Assembly: GCA_965209055.1 (NCBI GenBank)
Contig: OZ242374.1
Location: 1,632,001 to 1,696,000 of the forward strand
Source: Acidobacteriota bacterium
Lineage (GTDB): Bacteria; Acidobacteriota; UBA6911; RPQK01; JAJDTT01
DNA: 64,000 bases
Direction of reading: 5' to 3'
The notes under the pieces were generated by a model, which had not been told where the DNA came from, did not search any database, and saw only the letters and a list, made by a program, of their open reading frames with translations. Positions within the stretch are counted from its first letter, which is position 1, and every line of letters starts with the position of its first letter. The translations under genes were made by a program, and so were the position numbers. Below are positions 1-9,369 of the stretch, in pieces.

Positions 1-263
1 AGATCCTTGCCGACGGACTGCATGTGCTTTTCGAATCGAGCATTCTCTCCCGGCTTGGCGAGGGAGAAATCGAGATCCTCGGAATAACGGGGAAGCTGGA
101 ACAGGAACCGCAGGGCCGTACCCCTGACAAAGGCCCAGTCGCTGAAGGCCCCGGAGTCCTGGAGCGCCAGGAGAATTCGCGCCTGCAAGTATTCCCGAAC
201 CGTGCTGCGCCGCCGGAAATCATCAGGCTGATCCCGGAGGATCTCTAACAGAAGGGGTTTCAT
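1..263 (-). CDS. abiEii: AbiEii-family nucleotidyltransferase toxin (type IV TA), runs off the window edge
   Basis: Manual translation (not in ORF track): MKPLLLEILRDQPDDFRRRSTVREYLQARILLALQDSGAFSDWAFVRGTALRFLFQLPRYSEDLDFSL; REYLQ, xGTALR and RxSEDLDF motifs; ATGA overlap with the upstream gene. Confidence 0.85.
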   Translation of the reverse strand, partial: MKPLLLEILRDQPDDFRRRSTVREYLQARILLALQDSGAFSDWAFVRGTALRFLFQLPRYSEDLDFSLAKPGENARFEKHMQSVGKD

Positions 264-889
264 CTCGGATCTTGGTTCTCCCAAAGTTCCAGGAGCCGCG
301 CCACGGCGCGTTCGATTTTGGCGGACCGACACCTCTCAACGACGGCATGGAGTCCTTCCAGGTCGAGTCCACGGGGCTTTTCAAGCCGAAGTTCGCGCAG
401 GTATTCGACGCGGTCGCTGTGCGGAGTCAGGTAGAGCAGGTCGACCAGCGCCTTTTCCGGGCGCGCAAGCAACGCCATCTGGTCTCTTGCGATTTCCGTT
501 TCCGTAAACCCGAAGAAAAGTGGGGCGCTGACATGTCGGAACTGGAATCGTCCTTTGGGCGTCGAAAGCTCTTCCGGTCGGCCCGTCGTGATGCTGGTAG
601 TGACCGGAACGTACTCGGGAATCATGCCGTGGTGGGCCAACGCTGACTGTAGACTGACGTAGGAGGCTTTCTTGAGCGCGTTCGCAGTCGCGAAGGGGTG
701 AGCTGGAGTTTTGGAGTAGAGATCGGCCAGCAGGTACACTCCGCGCCTCAAACGGATGACTCGTTCGCTCTTGACCCACCGGCCCAGTTGCCGCCTGACA
801 TGAGCAGGAGAGGTTTGCCCAGCGAGAATCTGGCCTGTTCTGAATACTCCATTGGGAGGTGCTACTGCGAGCAAATCTCCGAATTGCAT
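260..889 (-). CDS. abiEi: AbiEi-family antitoxin / transcriptional regulator (type IV TA)
   Basis: N-terminal wHTH-like (RLRRGVY), SYVSLQSALAHHGMIPE and PEKALVDLLY motifs; coupled to AbiEii. Confidence 0.85.
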   Translation of the reverse strand: MQFGDLLAVAPPNGVFRTGQILAGQTSPAHVRRQLGRWVKSERVIRLRRGVYLLADLYSKTPAHPFATANALKKASYVSLQSALAHHGMIPEYVPVTTSITTGRPEELSTPKGRFQFRHVSAPLFFGFTETEIARDQMALLARPEKALVDLLYLTPHSDRVEYLRELRLEKPRGLDLEGLHAVVERCRSAKIERAVARLLELWENQDPR

Positions 890-895
890 AGCGAC

Positions 896-924
896 AAATT
901 GCCATATCGGTCTACTTAATGCAA
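896..924 (-). promoter_or_regulatory. Possible sigma70 promoter for a leaderless abiE transcript
   Basis: TTGCAT-17 nt-CAATTT ending 6 nt before the ATG at 889; no obvious RBS. Confidence 0.3.
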
Positions 925-1074
925 CGACGTCTGATCAGAGATAAATACGTTGAAGTTTCTCCCAATAGCGATTAACCTTTGTCGTGGGTGGCCGAATCTG
1001 TTGAATCGGCCGTCGCGTGAGGCAATTCAGAGACCAAGGCGCAACCGGGCGCCAAAGCTCAGAAAGGATGAATC

Positions 1075-1404
1075 ATGAAAAAGCACATCTTCGTATTCGC
1101 CTCTGTCTTCGTTCTGCTCGTAGGTACGGGTCTTGTCATGGGCGCCGGCCACGAAAAGACGATCAAGGGTGAAGGCACCTGTGCCAAGTGCGGCCTGGGT
1201 CAAACGGCTTCCTGCCAGAATGCCATCCAGGTGAAGAAGGATGGGAAGACCGTCACCTACTACATGGTTGCCAATGACGTGGCCAAGAAGTTTCACGGCA
1301 ACGTCTGCCAGGGCAGCACCAAGGTCAAGGCCAAGGGCACCGTGGCCAAAGAGGGCGGAAAGATGATGCTGACCGCCTCCTCGATCAGCAAGGTGGCCCA
1401 ATAG
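1075..1404 (+). CDS. Small secreted Cys-containing protein (DUF6370-like)
   Basis: Signal peptide; GEGTCAKC..C..H.NVC pattern; AAGGA RBS. Confidence 0.7.
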   Translation: MKKHIFVFASVFVLLVGTGLVMGAGHEKTIKGEGTCAKCGLGQTASCQNAIQVKKDGKTVTYYMVANDVAKKFHGNVCQGSTKVKAKGTVAKEGGKMMLTASSISKVAQ

Positions 1405-1572
1405 AGGGGTTTCCCCTCCACGGCTCGAAATTTCGCATCCTCACGTCAGTCCGACGCTCTGCCGAGTGGGACTGGCGTGGGTCGTGCGGATTCGTGAGTT
1501 GCGTTCCCTATCTTACAGGCGACGCAGGAACCAGAGTCGCCCGAATGAGCCGTAGCTGAAGGCTCATCTCCC

Positions 1573-1839
1573 ATGTCTGCTCCTGCCAAGCTCCTGGTCC
1601 TGCTTGGTGTAGCCCTTTTTGTGGGCTACCTCCTGTATTCCAGCCTGAGTCTTCGTAAGTTCCGTTGCGAGGTCTGTGTCGAATTCCGTGGCCAGACCGT
1701 CTGCCGAACGGCGGCCGGGGCGACTCGGGAAGAAGCTCAAAGAACGGCTGTAGAACTCGCCTGCGCCGTGTTGGCCGCGGGCCGGACGGAGAGCATGCGG
1801 TGCAACGAGACTCCACCCAAGAGTGTCGAATGGAAGTAA
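1573..1839 (+). CDS. Small membrane-anchored Cys-rich hypothetical protein
   Basis: N-terminal TM helix, CEVC plus three further Cys. Confidence 0.65.
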   Translation: MSAPAKLLVLLGVALFVGYLLYSSLSLRKFRCEVCVEFRGQTVCRTAAGATREEAQRTAVELACAVLAAGRTESMRCNETPPKSVEWK

Positions 1840-1885
1840 CGCGCGATCGCTCATCCCTTCGCTATTCGAATCTGGCGGAAAGACA

Positions 1886-2269
1886 ATGCACGTAGAAGTC
1901 CGAAACCTGGAGGATGTCATCCTCGTCGATATGGAAGGCCGCCTGGTGGCCGGCGTCGGGGATCAGATCCTGCGGGAGATCATGGATGAGTTGATCGCCG
2001 AGGGATGGCAGAAGATCCTGTTGAATCTCTCCGGAGTCTCCTGGATCGACAGCTCCGGCATCGGCGAACTGGTCGCCGGAATCAGGCTGGCCAAGCGTTT
2101 CAACTGCTCGGTAAAGCTCCTGCGGGCGGGCGACCGGGTCAGGCACGTTCTCTCTCTCAGCCAGCTCCTGCCTCTTCTTGAAATCTACGAGACCGAAGAG
2201 GAAGCGCTGGAACGCTTTCGGTCCGAAACCCCGCCTCCTCCGCCGGAAGAGACCGGTTCAAAACGGTAG
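1886..2269 (+). CDS. STAS-domain anti-sigma factor antagonist
   Basis: ILLNLSGVSWIDSSGIGELV motif with the phosphorylatable Ser; start moved to MHVEVRN. Confidence 0.9.
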   Translation: MHVEVRNLEDVILVDMEGRLVAGVGDQILREIMDELIAEGWQKILLNLSGVSWIDSSGIGELVAGIRLAKRFNCSVKLLRAGDRVRHVLSLSQLLPLLEIYETEEEALERFRSETPPPPPEETGSKR

Positions 2270-3460
2270 TGAGTCGCCGGCAGAGAGGACGGGAGGCGAA
2301 GTGGACACGGACTCCGGGTACTTGAGTCCCGATCCGGTGTTCAGCAGAAGCACCCTCTCGCCGGATCGGATCCAACCCGATTGACTCAGTTTCCGCGCCG
2401 CGGCCAGAGTGGCCGCTCCCTCCGGACAGATGAAGGTTCCCTCGCTCTTGGCCAACAGCCGTTGGGCCTGCAGGATCTCCTCGTCCGAGGTTTCGACGGC
2501 GCAGCCGTTGGTGTCGTAAAGGGCGTCCAGGACCAGGAAGTCTCCCAAGGCCTTGGGGACTGTGATCCCGAAGGCGACGGTCCGGGCGCCGGTCCAGAAC
2601 TCCGATTCCCGGCGGCCCGCCTCCCAGGCGCGGACGATGGGGGCGCATCCGGTGGACTGAACGGCCACCATTCGAGGAAATGGCTGATCCAGCCATCCCA
2701 GCTCCCGCAGCTCCCGGAAGACTTTGTGGATGCCGATGAGCCCCACTCCTCCCCCGGTGGGGTAGACGATCACATCGGGGAGCTGCCACTGGAATTGCTC
2801 GGCCAACTCCAGTCCCATGGTCTTCTTGCCCTCGATCCTGTAGGGCTCCTTCAGGGTCGAGGCGTCATACCAGCCGTGCCGCTTCACCCCGCCGGCCACC
2901 TGCTTCCCCGCGTCGCTGATCAGGCCGTCCACCAGGTAGAAGGTTGAACCCGTCACGGCGCACTCCTTGCGATGGATCAGCGGAGCGTCCGTGGGCATGA
3001 CGATGATGCACTCGATGCCGGCGGCGGCGCTGTAGGCGGCCCAGGCGGCCCCGGCGTTGCCGTTGGTGGGCATGGCCAGGGCTTCGACTCCAAGTTCCCG
3101 GGCGCGAGAGGCGCCGACGGCGGCTCCGCGGGCCTTGAAGGTCCCGGTCGGCAACAGGCCTTCGTCCTTCATGTAGAGCCTGGGAAGCCCGACCCGGGCG
3201 CCGGCCCGGTGCAATCTCAACAGCGGCGTCATCGTCTCTCCCAGGGAAACCGGCGAATCGGGGTTGCGGAGGGGAAGCAGCTCCCGATACCGCCAGAGGC
3301 TCGGTTCACGTCCTGCGAATTCCGACGGTTGCACCGTCTCCCGAACGCGGTTCAGGTCGTAGCGAACCAGAAGTGGACCGCCGCATCCGCAAAGGTGGGC
3401 CCTTTTGTCGCAATCGTAGACGTCCCCGCAGCGTGCGCACTCCAAATGGGTCATGAACAT
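2258..3460 (-). CDS. thrC: Threonine synthase (PLP fold type II)
   Basis: N-terminal CxxC..CGCG, PTGTFKARG PLP lysine, YRIEGKKT, PTGGG; GGAGG RBS before 3460. Confidence 0.85.
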   Translation of the reverse strand: MFMTHLECARCGDVYDCDKRAHLCGCGGPLLVRYDLNRVRETVQPSEFAGREPSLWRYRELLPLRNPDSPVSLGETMTPLLRLHRAGARVGLPRLYMKDEGLLPTGTFKARGAAVGASRARELGVEALAMPTNGNAGAAWAAYSAAAGIECIIVMPTDAPLIHRKECAVTGSTFYLVDGLISDAGKQVAGGVKRHGWYDASTLKEPYRIEGKKTMGLELAEQFQWQLPDVIVYPTGGGVGLIGIHKVFRELRELGWLDQPFPRMVAVQSTGCAPIVRAWEAGRRESEFWTGARTVAFGITVPKALGDFLVLDALYDTNGCAVETSDEEILQAQRLLAKSEGTFICPEGAATLAAARKLSQSGWIRSGERVLLLNTGSGLKYPESVSTSPPVLSAGDSLPF

Positions 3461-3593
3461 GGATATTTTTTCCTCCAAATGCCGGGTATCCCGGCCCCCG
3501 CACCGAGACATTATAATTTGCTGAGTGGCCGGCAATGCGGACCGCCTCCATTGTCCAGGGTTCTCGCCTTGCCGGCCGGAAGGAGCGAACGAG

Positions 3594-4712
3594 ATGTTGG
3601 TGCCCAAGGACGACTTCATCGGTCTTGATGATCAGGTCCATCTTTGCGCCGGGGGTGAGACTCCGGTTTTGAAGAGCCATCAGGACGCCGTGGCCCGTTT
3701 CTTTCGCAGCAAGGCCCGGGGAGAAGATGGCCGGCAGCAGTTCGAAGAGACCTATCTGAAGTGCAAGGAGAGGGCGGGACGGCTTTTCAACGTCTCCCCG
3801 GAGGAGATCGCCTTTCTCTCCTCTACTTCGGAAGGGGTCAACCTGTTGGCTCACGCTCTGGATTGGGAGCCGGGCGACAATGTGGTGGTCGCCGACGTGG
3901 AATTCCCTTCCGACGTTCTTCCCTGGACCCGCCTGGAGCGGCTGGGAGTGGAACTTCGCCTGGTGCGGCATCGCAATTGGCAGGTGTCCGTCGCCGATCT
4001 GGATTCGCGTATCGACTCCAGGACCCGCGTGGTGGCGGTCAGCTTGGTGAGCTTCCTGACCGGACAGCGGCAGTTGCTCCGTGAACTCTCCCGAGCGGTC
4101 CGCTCCAAAGGGGCGCTACTCAGCGTCGATGCGACTCACGCGGCCGGGGCGGTCCCGGTGGAAGCGGGGCTCGCCGACTTCGTCATGAGCAGTTGCTACA
4201 AGTGGCTGTTGGGCACCCACGGCGTCTCCATCTTCTACTGGAACCGAAGCCGCCTGCCCGACCTGCAGCCGCCGTTCCTGGGTTGGCACACTCCGGCCGA
4301 TCTCACCGGTTGGCGCCATCCGACCCGTTACGAGCCGCGGCCCGACGCCGCCCGTTTCGAGCCCGGGAATCCATCCTGGATTTCGGTCTACATCCTGGAG
4401 AACGCCCTTGGCTATCTCTCCCGCGTGGGTGTTCCCGAGATCGAAAGCTATGTACTGGATCTGAGCCAAAGGGTGTTGCGCGGCCTCGACGGACTCGGCT
4501 TGGAAGTCATGACGCCGTCCCGGCGCCAGGAACGCGCCGGCAATGCCTGCTTCGTCGCCCCCCGGGCCAAGGCCGTGATGAATTGGTTTGATGAGCGGGG
4601 AATCCTGATTTGGGGAGATTCCCAGCGGATTCGCGTGTCGACTCACCTCTACAATACGGTTGACGACGTGGAGAATTTTCTCGAGGCTTTGAAGCGCTGT
4701 CCTCTGGTCTGA
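3594..4712 (+). CDS. Aminotransferase class V PLP-dependent enzyme
   Basis: STSEGVN, VDATH, SSCYKWLLG, RFEPG, RVSTHLYN; no desulfurase catalytic Cys motif seen. Confidence 0.85.
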   Translation: MLVPKDDFIGLDDQVHLCAGGETPVLKSHQDAVARFFRSKARGEDGRQQFEETYLKCKERAGRLFNVSPEEIAFLSSTSEGVNLLAHALDWEPGDNVVVADVEFPSDVLPWTRLERLGVELRLVRHRNWQVSVADLDSRIDSRTRVVAVSLVSFLTGQRQLLRELSRAVRSKGALLSVDATHAAGAVPVEAGLADFVMSSCYKWLLGTHGVSIFYWNRSRLPDLQPPFLGWHTPADLTGWRHPTRYEPRPDAARFEPGNPSWISVYILENALGYLSRVGVPEIESYVLDLSQRVLRGLDGLGLEVMTPSRRQERAGNACFVAPRAKAVMNWFDERGILIWGDSQRIRVSTHLYNTVDDVENFLEALKRCPLV

Positions 4713-4715
4713 ACC

Positions 4716-5783
4716 ATGGTTGATCTGTCCCCGAGCCTGCGTCCTCCGCGAACAGAAGCGCGTTCCGGCGCCTCACGCTCCGATTCCCGCTGCCTCATGC
4801 TCCAGACGGAGCAACCGGAGCTTGTGCGCGCCGCTGTGGAAAAGTTGAGGAAATCGGACCTGTATCCCGGCTGCAAGGTCCTCCTGGTGTGCCGGCAGGA
4901 GGATCTGGGGTCTTTTGAAGATCTCTCGGACGTGGAGTTTCTGACCTATTCCCGGTCGCGGGGCGATCGGTTCTCCGGCTTGTGGCGGCGGATGTCCGGT
5001 TTCCGTGCCGATCTGGTCTGCGCGGTCTTCGGCGGCCGTCCTGTCTTCCGGCTGCAGAAGCTCCTATTCTTTCTGGTTCCGGGCCGGCGCCGGCTGATCT
5101 TCGATGCGCGGGCTCGGCCCTACCCGCTGCGTCTCGGCAATATCGCCGCGATCCGCCGCCGGAGCCGTTACCGGGAAGTATTCCCCGACTCTGAGGCGAC
5201 GATTCTGTATCTGCCCACTGAAAGCGATTCGATTGCCCTGGAGGTCCTGAAAAGGCTCCAGGACCGAAAGATCATCGGTCCCGGCCGGATTCTGGTGTTT
5301 TGCTCGGAAGCGAAGAAAGATCTCTTCGAGTCGCGGCCGGAAGTGAGCGAGGTGGTCGCCTACGGATTTGGGCAGAAGTTGAGAAAACTTCGAATCGTTT
5401 TGAGGCTGGCCCGGATGAGGGTGGACGTGGTGGTGGCAATCCTTTCGGGACGGCCCATATTCCGGGCCCACAAACGGCTGTTTTTGCTGCTACCCGCACG
5501 TGCTCGACTGGTTTTCAACGAGCACGGAGATTGCCACTACGTCAAGCGCAATCTGCGTGGCCTGGCCGGTCTCTTGCGGGCCGGATATTTTGCCAAGATC
5601 GACCCGTACCGGCGCCTCTCGAGAAGGGGTCTCCGCTACCGTGCGCCGATCCTGGTCAAGGCCGTGTTGTTTCTTCCCCGCTATCTGTACCTGATCCTGT
5701 GGCTGCTCCTGGGTAGCCTGAAGAGAGGCGGATCCCAACGCCTCGCCGTTTTCAGAAAGGGAAGCTTCGGAGCGCGGGACTAG
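4716..5783 (+). CDS. Hypothetical protein with internally duplicated GT9-N-terminal-like domain
   Basis: Two similar segments (DLVCAVFGGRPVFRLQKLLFFLVPGRRRLIF / DVVVAILSGRPIFRAHKRLFLLLPARARLVF); hydrophobic C-terminus. Confidence 0.55.
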   Translation: MVDLSPSLRPPRTEARSGASRSDSRCLMLQTEQPELVRAAVEKLRKSDLYPGCKVLLVCRQEDLGSFEDLSDVEFLTYSRSRGDRFSGLWRRMSGFRADLVCAVFGGRPVFRLQKLLFFLVPGRRRLIFDARARPYPLRLGNIAAIRRRSRYREVFPDSEATILYLPTESDSIALEVLKRLQDRKIIGPGRILVFCSEAKKDLFESRPEVSEVVAYGFGQKLRKLRIVLRLARMRVDVVVAILSGRPIFRAHKRLFLLLPARARLVFNEHGDCHYVKRNLRGLAGLLRAGYFAKIDPYRRLSRRGLRYRAPILVKAVLFLPRYLYLILWLLLGSLKRGGSQRLAVFRKGSFGARD

Positions 5784-5802
5784 TCAAACGCCGATCGAGA
5801 TC

Positions 5803-6411
5803 TCAGGAACCGAACCGCTCCGCCACGGCATCCCAGTTCACGACGTTCCACCAGGCCTTGATGTAGTCGGGCCTCCGGTTCTGATAGCGGAGATAGTAGG
5901 CGTGCTCCCACACGTCCACGCCCAGGAGAGGAACCTGTCCGGCCATGATGGGAGAGTCCTGATTGGCGGTGGAGAGGACCTCCAGCGATCCCGACGCGTT
6001 CTTCACCAGCCAGGCCCACCCCGATCCGAACCGTCCTATGCCCGCGGCGGCGACGGCCTGCTGAAACTGGGCGAAACTGCCGAAAGTGGAGTTGATGGCG
6101 TCGGCCAGGGCGCCGCCCGGCTCGCCTCCGCCTCCCGGTCCCATCAGGGTCCAGAACAGGGAGTGATTGGCGTGGCCGCCGGCGTTGTTCCTTACGGCGG
6201 TCCGGATGCTCTCGGGAACCGCGGCGCAGTTGTCGGCCAGCAGTTCATCCAGGCTCAGACCGGCCAGATCCGAATGCCCGGAGAGGGCGTTGTTCAGGTT
6301 CCCAATGTACGCGGCGTGGTGTTTGCCGTGGTGGATCCCCATGGTGGCGGAGTCGATGTGGGGCTCCAGGGCGTCGGTGGCATAGGGAAGGGACGGCAAT
6401 TCAAATGGCAT
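5803..6411 (-). CDS. sodA: Superoxide dismutase, Mn-type signatures
   Basis: [25 protein letters not shown]; AAAGGAG RBS. Confidence 0.95.
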   Translation of the reverse strand: MPFELPSLPYATDALEPHIDSATMGIHHGKHHAAYIGNLNNALSGHSDLAGLSLDELLADNCAAVPESIRTAVRNNAGGHANHSLFWTLMGPGGGGEPGGALADAINSTFGSFAQFQQAVAAAGIGRFGSGWAWLVKNASGSLEVLSTANQDSPIMAGQVPLLGVDVWEHAYYLRYQNRRPDYIKAWWNVVNWDAVAERFGS

Positions 6412-6554
6412 GAGATCTCCTTTCGCTGTTCCTGGGTGAGCGGGGCGCCCGCTCGGCAAAAAGATACCAGCGCGTGCGGGATACGGCAACCGGCCCATCG
6501 GATTGGGAGGGGTCGCCGTAGTAGACTGGAACGGGAGCCGATCGGGAGCGTGGG

Positions 6555-7865
6555 ATGCAGTTTCCTGTAAGCTGGCGGATGTTGATTTTCGGGCTCATCG
6601 TCATCTTTCTTGCAGCCGAAATCTGCGCACAGGTTCCGCAGGCTTCCGATTCGGAGACCGAATTCGTTGTCGTCGTTACCGGCAGAGAACTTCTCGAAGG
6701 CGCTTACGCCGACGCGCACACTCAGTTTTTGGCGCGGATGCTCCTGCCTCTCGGAGGCCGATGTGTCGGATCGGTCACCGTCACCGACGACGAAAAGGAG
6801 ATGCTGCGAGCCCTCGAATATGCCTCCCGGCGCAGCCGGATCGTCATTGTCACCGGGGGGCTCGGTCCCACCGGCGACGACATCACCCGTCAGACCCTGG
6901 CCGAATACACGGGCATCCCGCTTCAGGAATCGTCCCAGGTGATCCAAGAGTATCGGCGCCGCTACGGAGACCGGGTATTTCGCCCGAGTCTCCGGCGGCA
7001 GGCGCAGGTTCCGTCCCGCGGCGCCTATCTGAAGAACCGGGTCGGAAGCGCCGTGGGCCTGGTCTTCGACGACGGACAACGAGTTGTGGTGGCGCTGCCC
7101 GGTCCGCCCCGGGAACTCCGGCCCATGGTCAGGGAGCAACTGATTCCGTTTCTGGCCCGCCGATTCGGGATCCAGGCGGCGGTCGAATCGGTCACGCTAC
7201 GCTTTGTGGGGATCGGAGAATCGAGCATCCAGAGTGTCATCGACAAGCACGTCAACCTGCCGTCCGGGGTCAGGGTCGCATCCACCTTCGAAGCGGGACG
7301 GGTCGATCTCACCTTCTACGGCCACTCCGGCTTGCCCGGCATTCGAAAAAGCCTGCTGGCGTTGCGGGATCGGATGCTGGAGCAGCTCGGGCAACATGTC
7401 TACTCCGTTGGCGGATCGACGCTCGAAGAAACGATCCTGCGGCTTCTGGCCGATCGCAAGGCGACGTTGGCCGTGGCCGAGGTGGCGACGGGAGGAGGCC
7501 TCTCATCCCGGTTGACCGGGACTCCCTCCGCGCCGTCGGTTCTGTTCGGCAGCTATGTGGCTGCCACGAATGCCGGAATAAAAGGATTGCTGGCGTCTGA
7601 GGGGCCGGAGGCTTCGGGACAGGTTCCGGAGGGGAATGAGGCGATCCTCGACCTGGCTCGCAAGGTAGCAAGTGATCAGCGGGATCGATGGGTCCTTCTG
7701 GTTTCCCAACTGGAAGAGGGGGACGCCGACCGCGTTACCCTCTGCGCCGGGTCGAGGGCTCACGGGTTCGCCGTCGAGTCGGTCGGATTCCGCACCGGCA
7801 GGTCGGGACGTGAGCGGCTCATCACGCGCGCCCTTGATTTCCTCAGGAGAAGACTGGCTCAATGA
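6555..7865 (+). CDS. CinA-like protein (MoCF-biosynthesis-like domain + degenerate PncC domain) with N-terminal signal-like segment
   Basis: [28 protein letters not shown]; AEVATGG instead of AESCTGG. Confidence 0.8.
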   Translation: MQFPVSWRMLIFGLIVIFLAAEICAQVPQASDSETEFVVVVTGRELLEGAYADAHTQFLARMLLPLGGRCVGSVTVTDDEKEMLRALEYASRRSRIVIVTGGLGPTGDDITRQTLAEYTGIPLQESSQVIQEYRRRYGDRVFRPSLRRQAQVPSRGAYLKNRVGSAVGLVFDDGQRVVVALPGPPRELRPMVREQLIPFLARRFGIQAAVESVTLRFVGIGESSIQSVIDKHVNLPSGVRVASTFEAGRVDLTFYGHSGLPGIRKSLLALRDRMLEQLGQHVYSVGGSTLEETILRLLADRKATLAVAEVATGGGLSSRLTGTPSAPSVLFGSYVAATNAGIKGLLASEGPEASGQVPEGNEAILDLARKVASDQRDRWVLLVSQLEEGDADRVTLCAGSRAHGFAVESVGFRTGRSGRERLITRALDFLRRRLAQ

Positions 7866-8737
7866 GTCCCCGGGAGGCTCCAATGGGGTGGATGATACGT
7901 CTCGGTTGGCTGCTGTGCCTGGGAGTGGGCTCCCAGATTCTGGCGCTCGACTTTCCGCATCGAGCCCGGGTGCTGGCCATCGAGGACCTGACCCACGACG
8001 TGAAGAGAGTGCGGCTGACGCTGCTCCGTCCCGGCGGGTTCTCCTTCAAGCCGGGACAATTCGTCTTCCTCGAGGTCCCGGAAGAATTCGTTCAGGAATG
8101 GAATTCCCGATACGAGACGGCGCATGGGTCGGTCTTTCGACCCTATTCTTTCGCCTCCCCGCCCAGCCGGCTTCCGGAGTTCGACTTCATCATCAAGCAC
8201 TTCCGGGCGCCGCCCGGCAAGGACGTGCCGCCCGGCGTCGCTTCCACCTACGTCCATACCCGGCTCCAGCCCGGCGACGTCCTCCACCTCAGCGACCCCA
8301 CCGGGACTCTCTACCTGGGCCAGGACAGCGACCGGCCCATCCTGGTGGTGGCCGGGGGCAGCGGCGCCGCGCCTTTCGTCGGTTTGTTGGAATATTGGTT
8401 CGAACAGGGAATGGACCGGACGCGGACAATCCACTTCTTCTTCGGTGTCCGCAGCCGGAGGGACCTCCTCCTGCACGGCCGGTTCTCCAAGTGGGCGGCG
8501 GAAAAAGAGAACTTTACCTATACGCCGGCCCTGTCCTCCCCCCGCGAAGGGGACGACTGGAATGGAGAGACGGGTTATATTCAGCTCTCCGTCGACAAGC
8601 ACGTGGAGGCCCCGTCCGAAGCCGAGGCCTATCTCGCCGGGCCGCCAATAATGGTGAAGATGGTGACGGAGGTCCTCAGGGCGAAAGGGATCCCCGGCAG
8701 CCGCATCTTTTTCGATCAGATTCTCGCCAGGGAATGA
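7862..8737 (+). CDS. FAD/NAD(P)-binding oxidoreductase (FNR/NqrF C-terminal-like)
   Basis: FKPGQF, RPYS, GVAS, VAGGSGAAP, LAGPP; no 2Fe-2S domain. Confidence 0.85.
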   Translation: MSPREAPMGWMIRLGWLLCLGVGSQILALDFPHRARVLAIEDLTHDVKRVRLTLLRPGGFSFKPGQFVFLEVPEEFVQEWNSRYETAHGSVFRPYSFASPPSRLPEFDFIIKHFRAPPGKDVPPGVASTYVHTRLQPGDVLHLSDPTGTLYLGQDSDRPILVVAGGSGAAPFVGLLEYWFEQGMDRTRTIHFFFGVRSRRDLLLHGRFSKWAAEKENFTYTPALSSPREGDDWNGETGYIQLSVDKHVEAPSEAEAYLAGPPIMVKMVTEVLRAKGIPGSRIFFDQILARE

Positions 8738-8747
8738 GGTGTTGAAC

Positions 8748-9317
8748 ATGGAGACTCAGACGATTTTGGCCGTGGTTTCGTTTTTGGCTCTGGCGTCGGC
8801 CCTGCTGGCCCTCAGGTCGGCTTCCGCGGCGAAGAGCCGGGCCGGAAAGCTGGAGCGGACGCTCAAGTCCCTGGAAGAAGACGTCGCCAGTTCGGGGTCC
8901 CGGCAGAAGGAGCAACTCGAGAATCAGGGACAACTGCTCCGGCGCGTGGCCCAGGGGAAGCATGTGACGGATGCAGTTTTGTCCGGCGGCCTTTTCGATG
9001 AAATCGACGGCGAAGGAGCTTTGGATATGCTTCGCCGGCATCCGGAGACCTTGATCATCGACGTCCGGGAGCCCCATGAGCACGCCGCGGTCCGAATCCC
9101 CGGCGCCAGGCTCATCCCGCTGGGGGAAGTCAGCGCCCGTGCTTCCGAGATCCCGCAGGAGGCCGACCGCGTTATCGTCCACTGCGCCGCCGGAGGCCGC
9201 TCGGCGCAGGCCTGCGCCCAACTGGGTGTGCAGGGATATGTCAACCTCTACAATCTGGCCGGGGGAATCGGACGCTGGCCGGGCGAGATCCGAAGGGGAC
9301 AATCGGAAACCAACTGA
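8748..9317 (+). CDS. Membrane-anchored rhodanese-domain protein
   Basis: TM helix, coiled coil, IIDVRE, HCAAGGRS, LAGGI..W. Confidence 0.85.
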   Translation: METQTILAVVSFLALASALLALRSASAAKSRAGKLERTLKSLEEDVASSGSRQKEQLENQGQLLRRVAQGKHVTDAVLSGGLFDEIDGEGALDMLRRHPETLIIDVREPHEHAAVRIPGARLIPLGEVSARASEIPQEADRVIVHCAAGGRSAQACAQLGVQGYVNLYNLAGGIGRWPGEIRRGQSETN

Positions 9318-9369
9318 CCTCTTGAATGGATCGACCCACAGGAGTTTCGGAAATTCCACCCGGTGAGAA

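Noticed and set aside
24-248. 74-aa plus-strand ORF
   Set aside because: Shadow of the minus-strand AbiEii reading frame
6412-6554. Possible Mn riboswitch upstream of sodA
   Set aside because: Only a simple GAGCGGG/CCCGCTC hairpin; no yybP-ykoY consensus recognised
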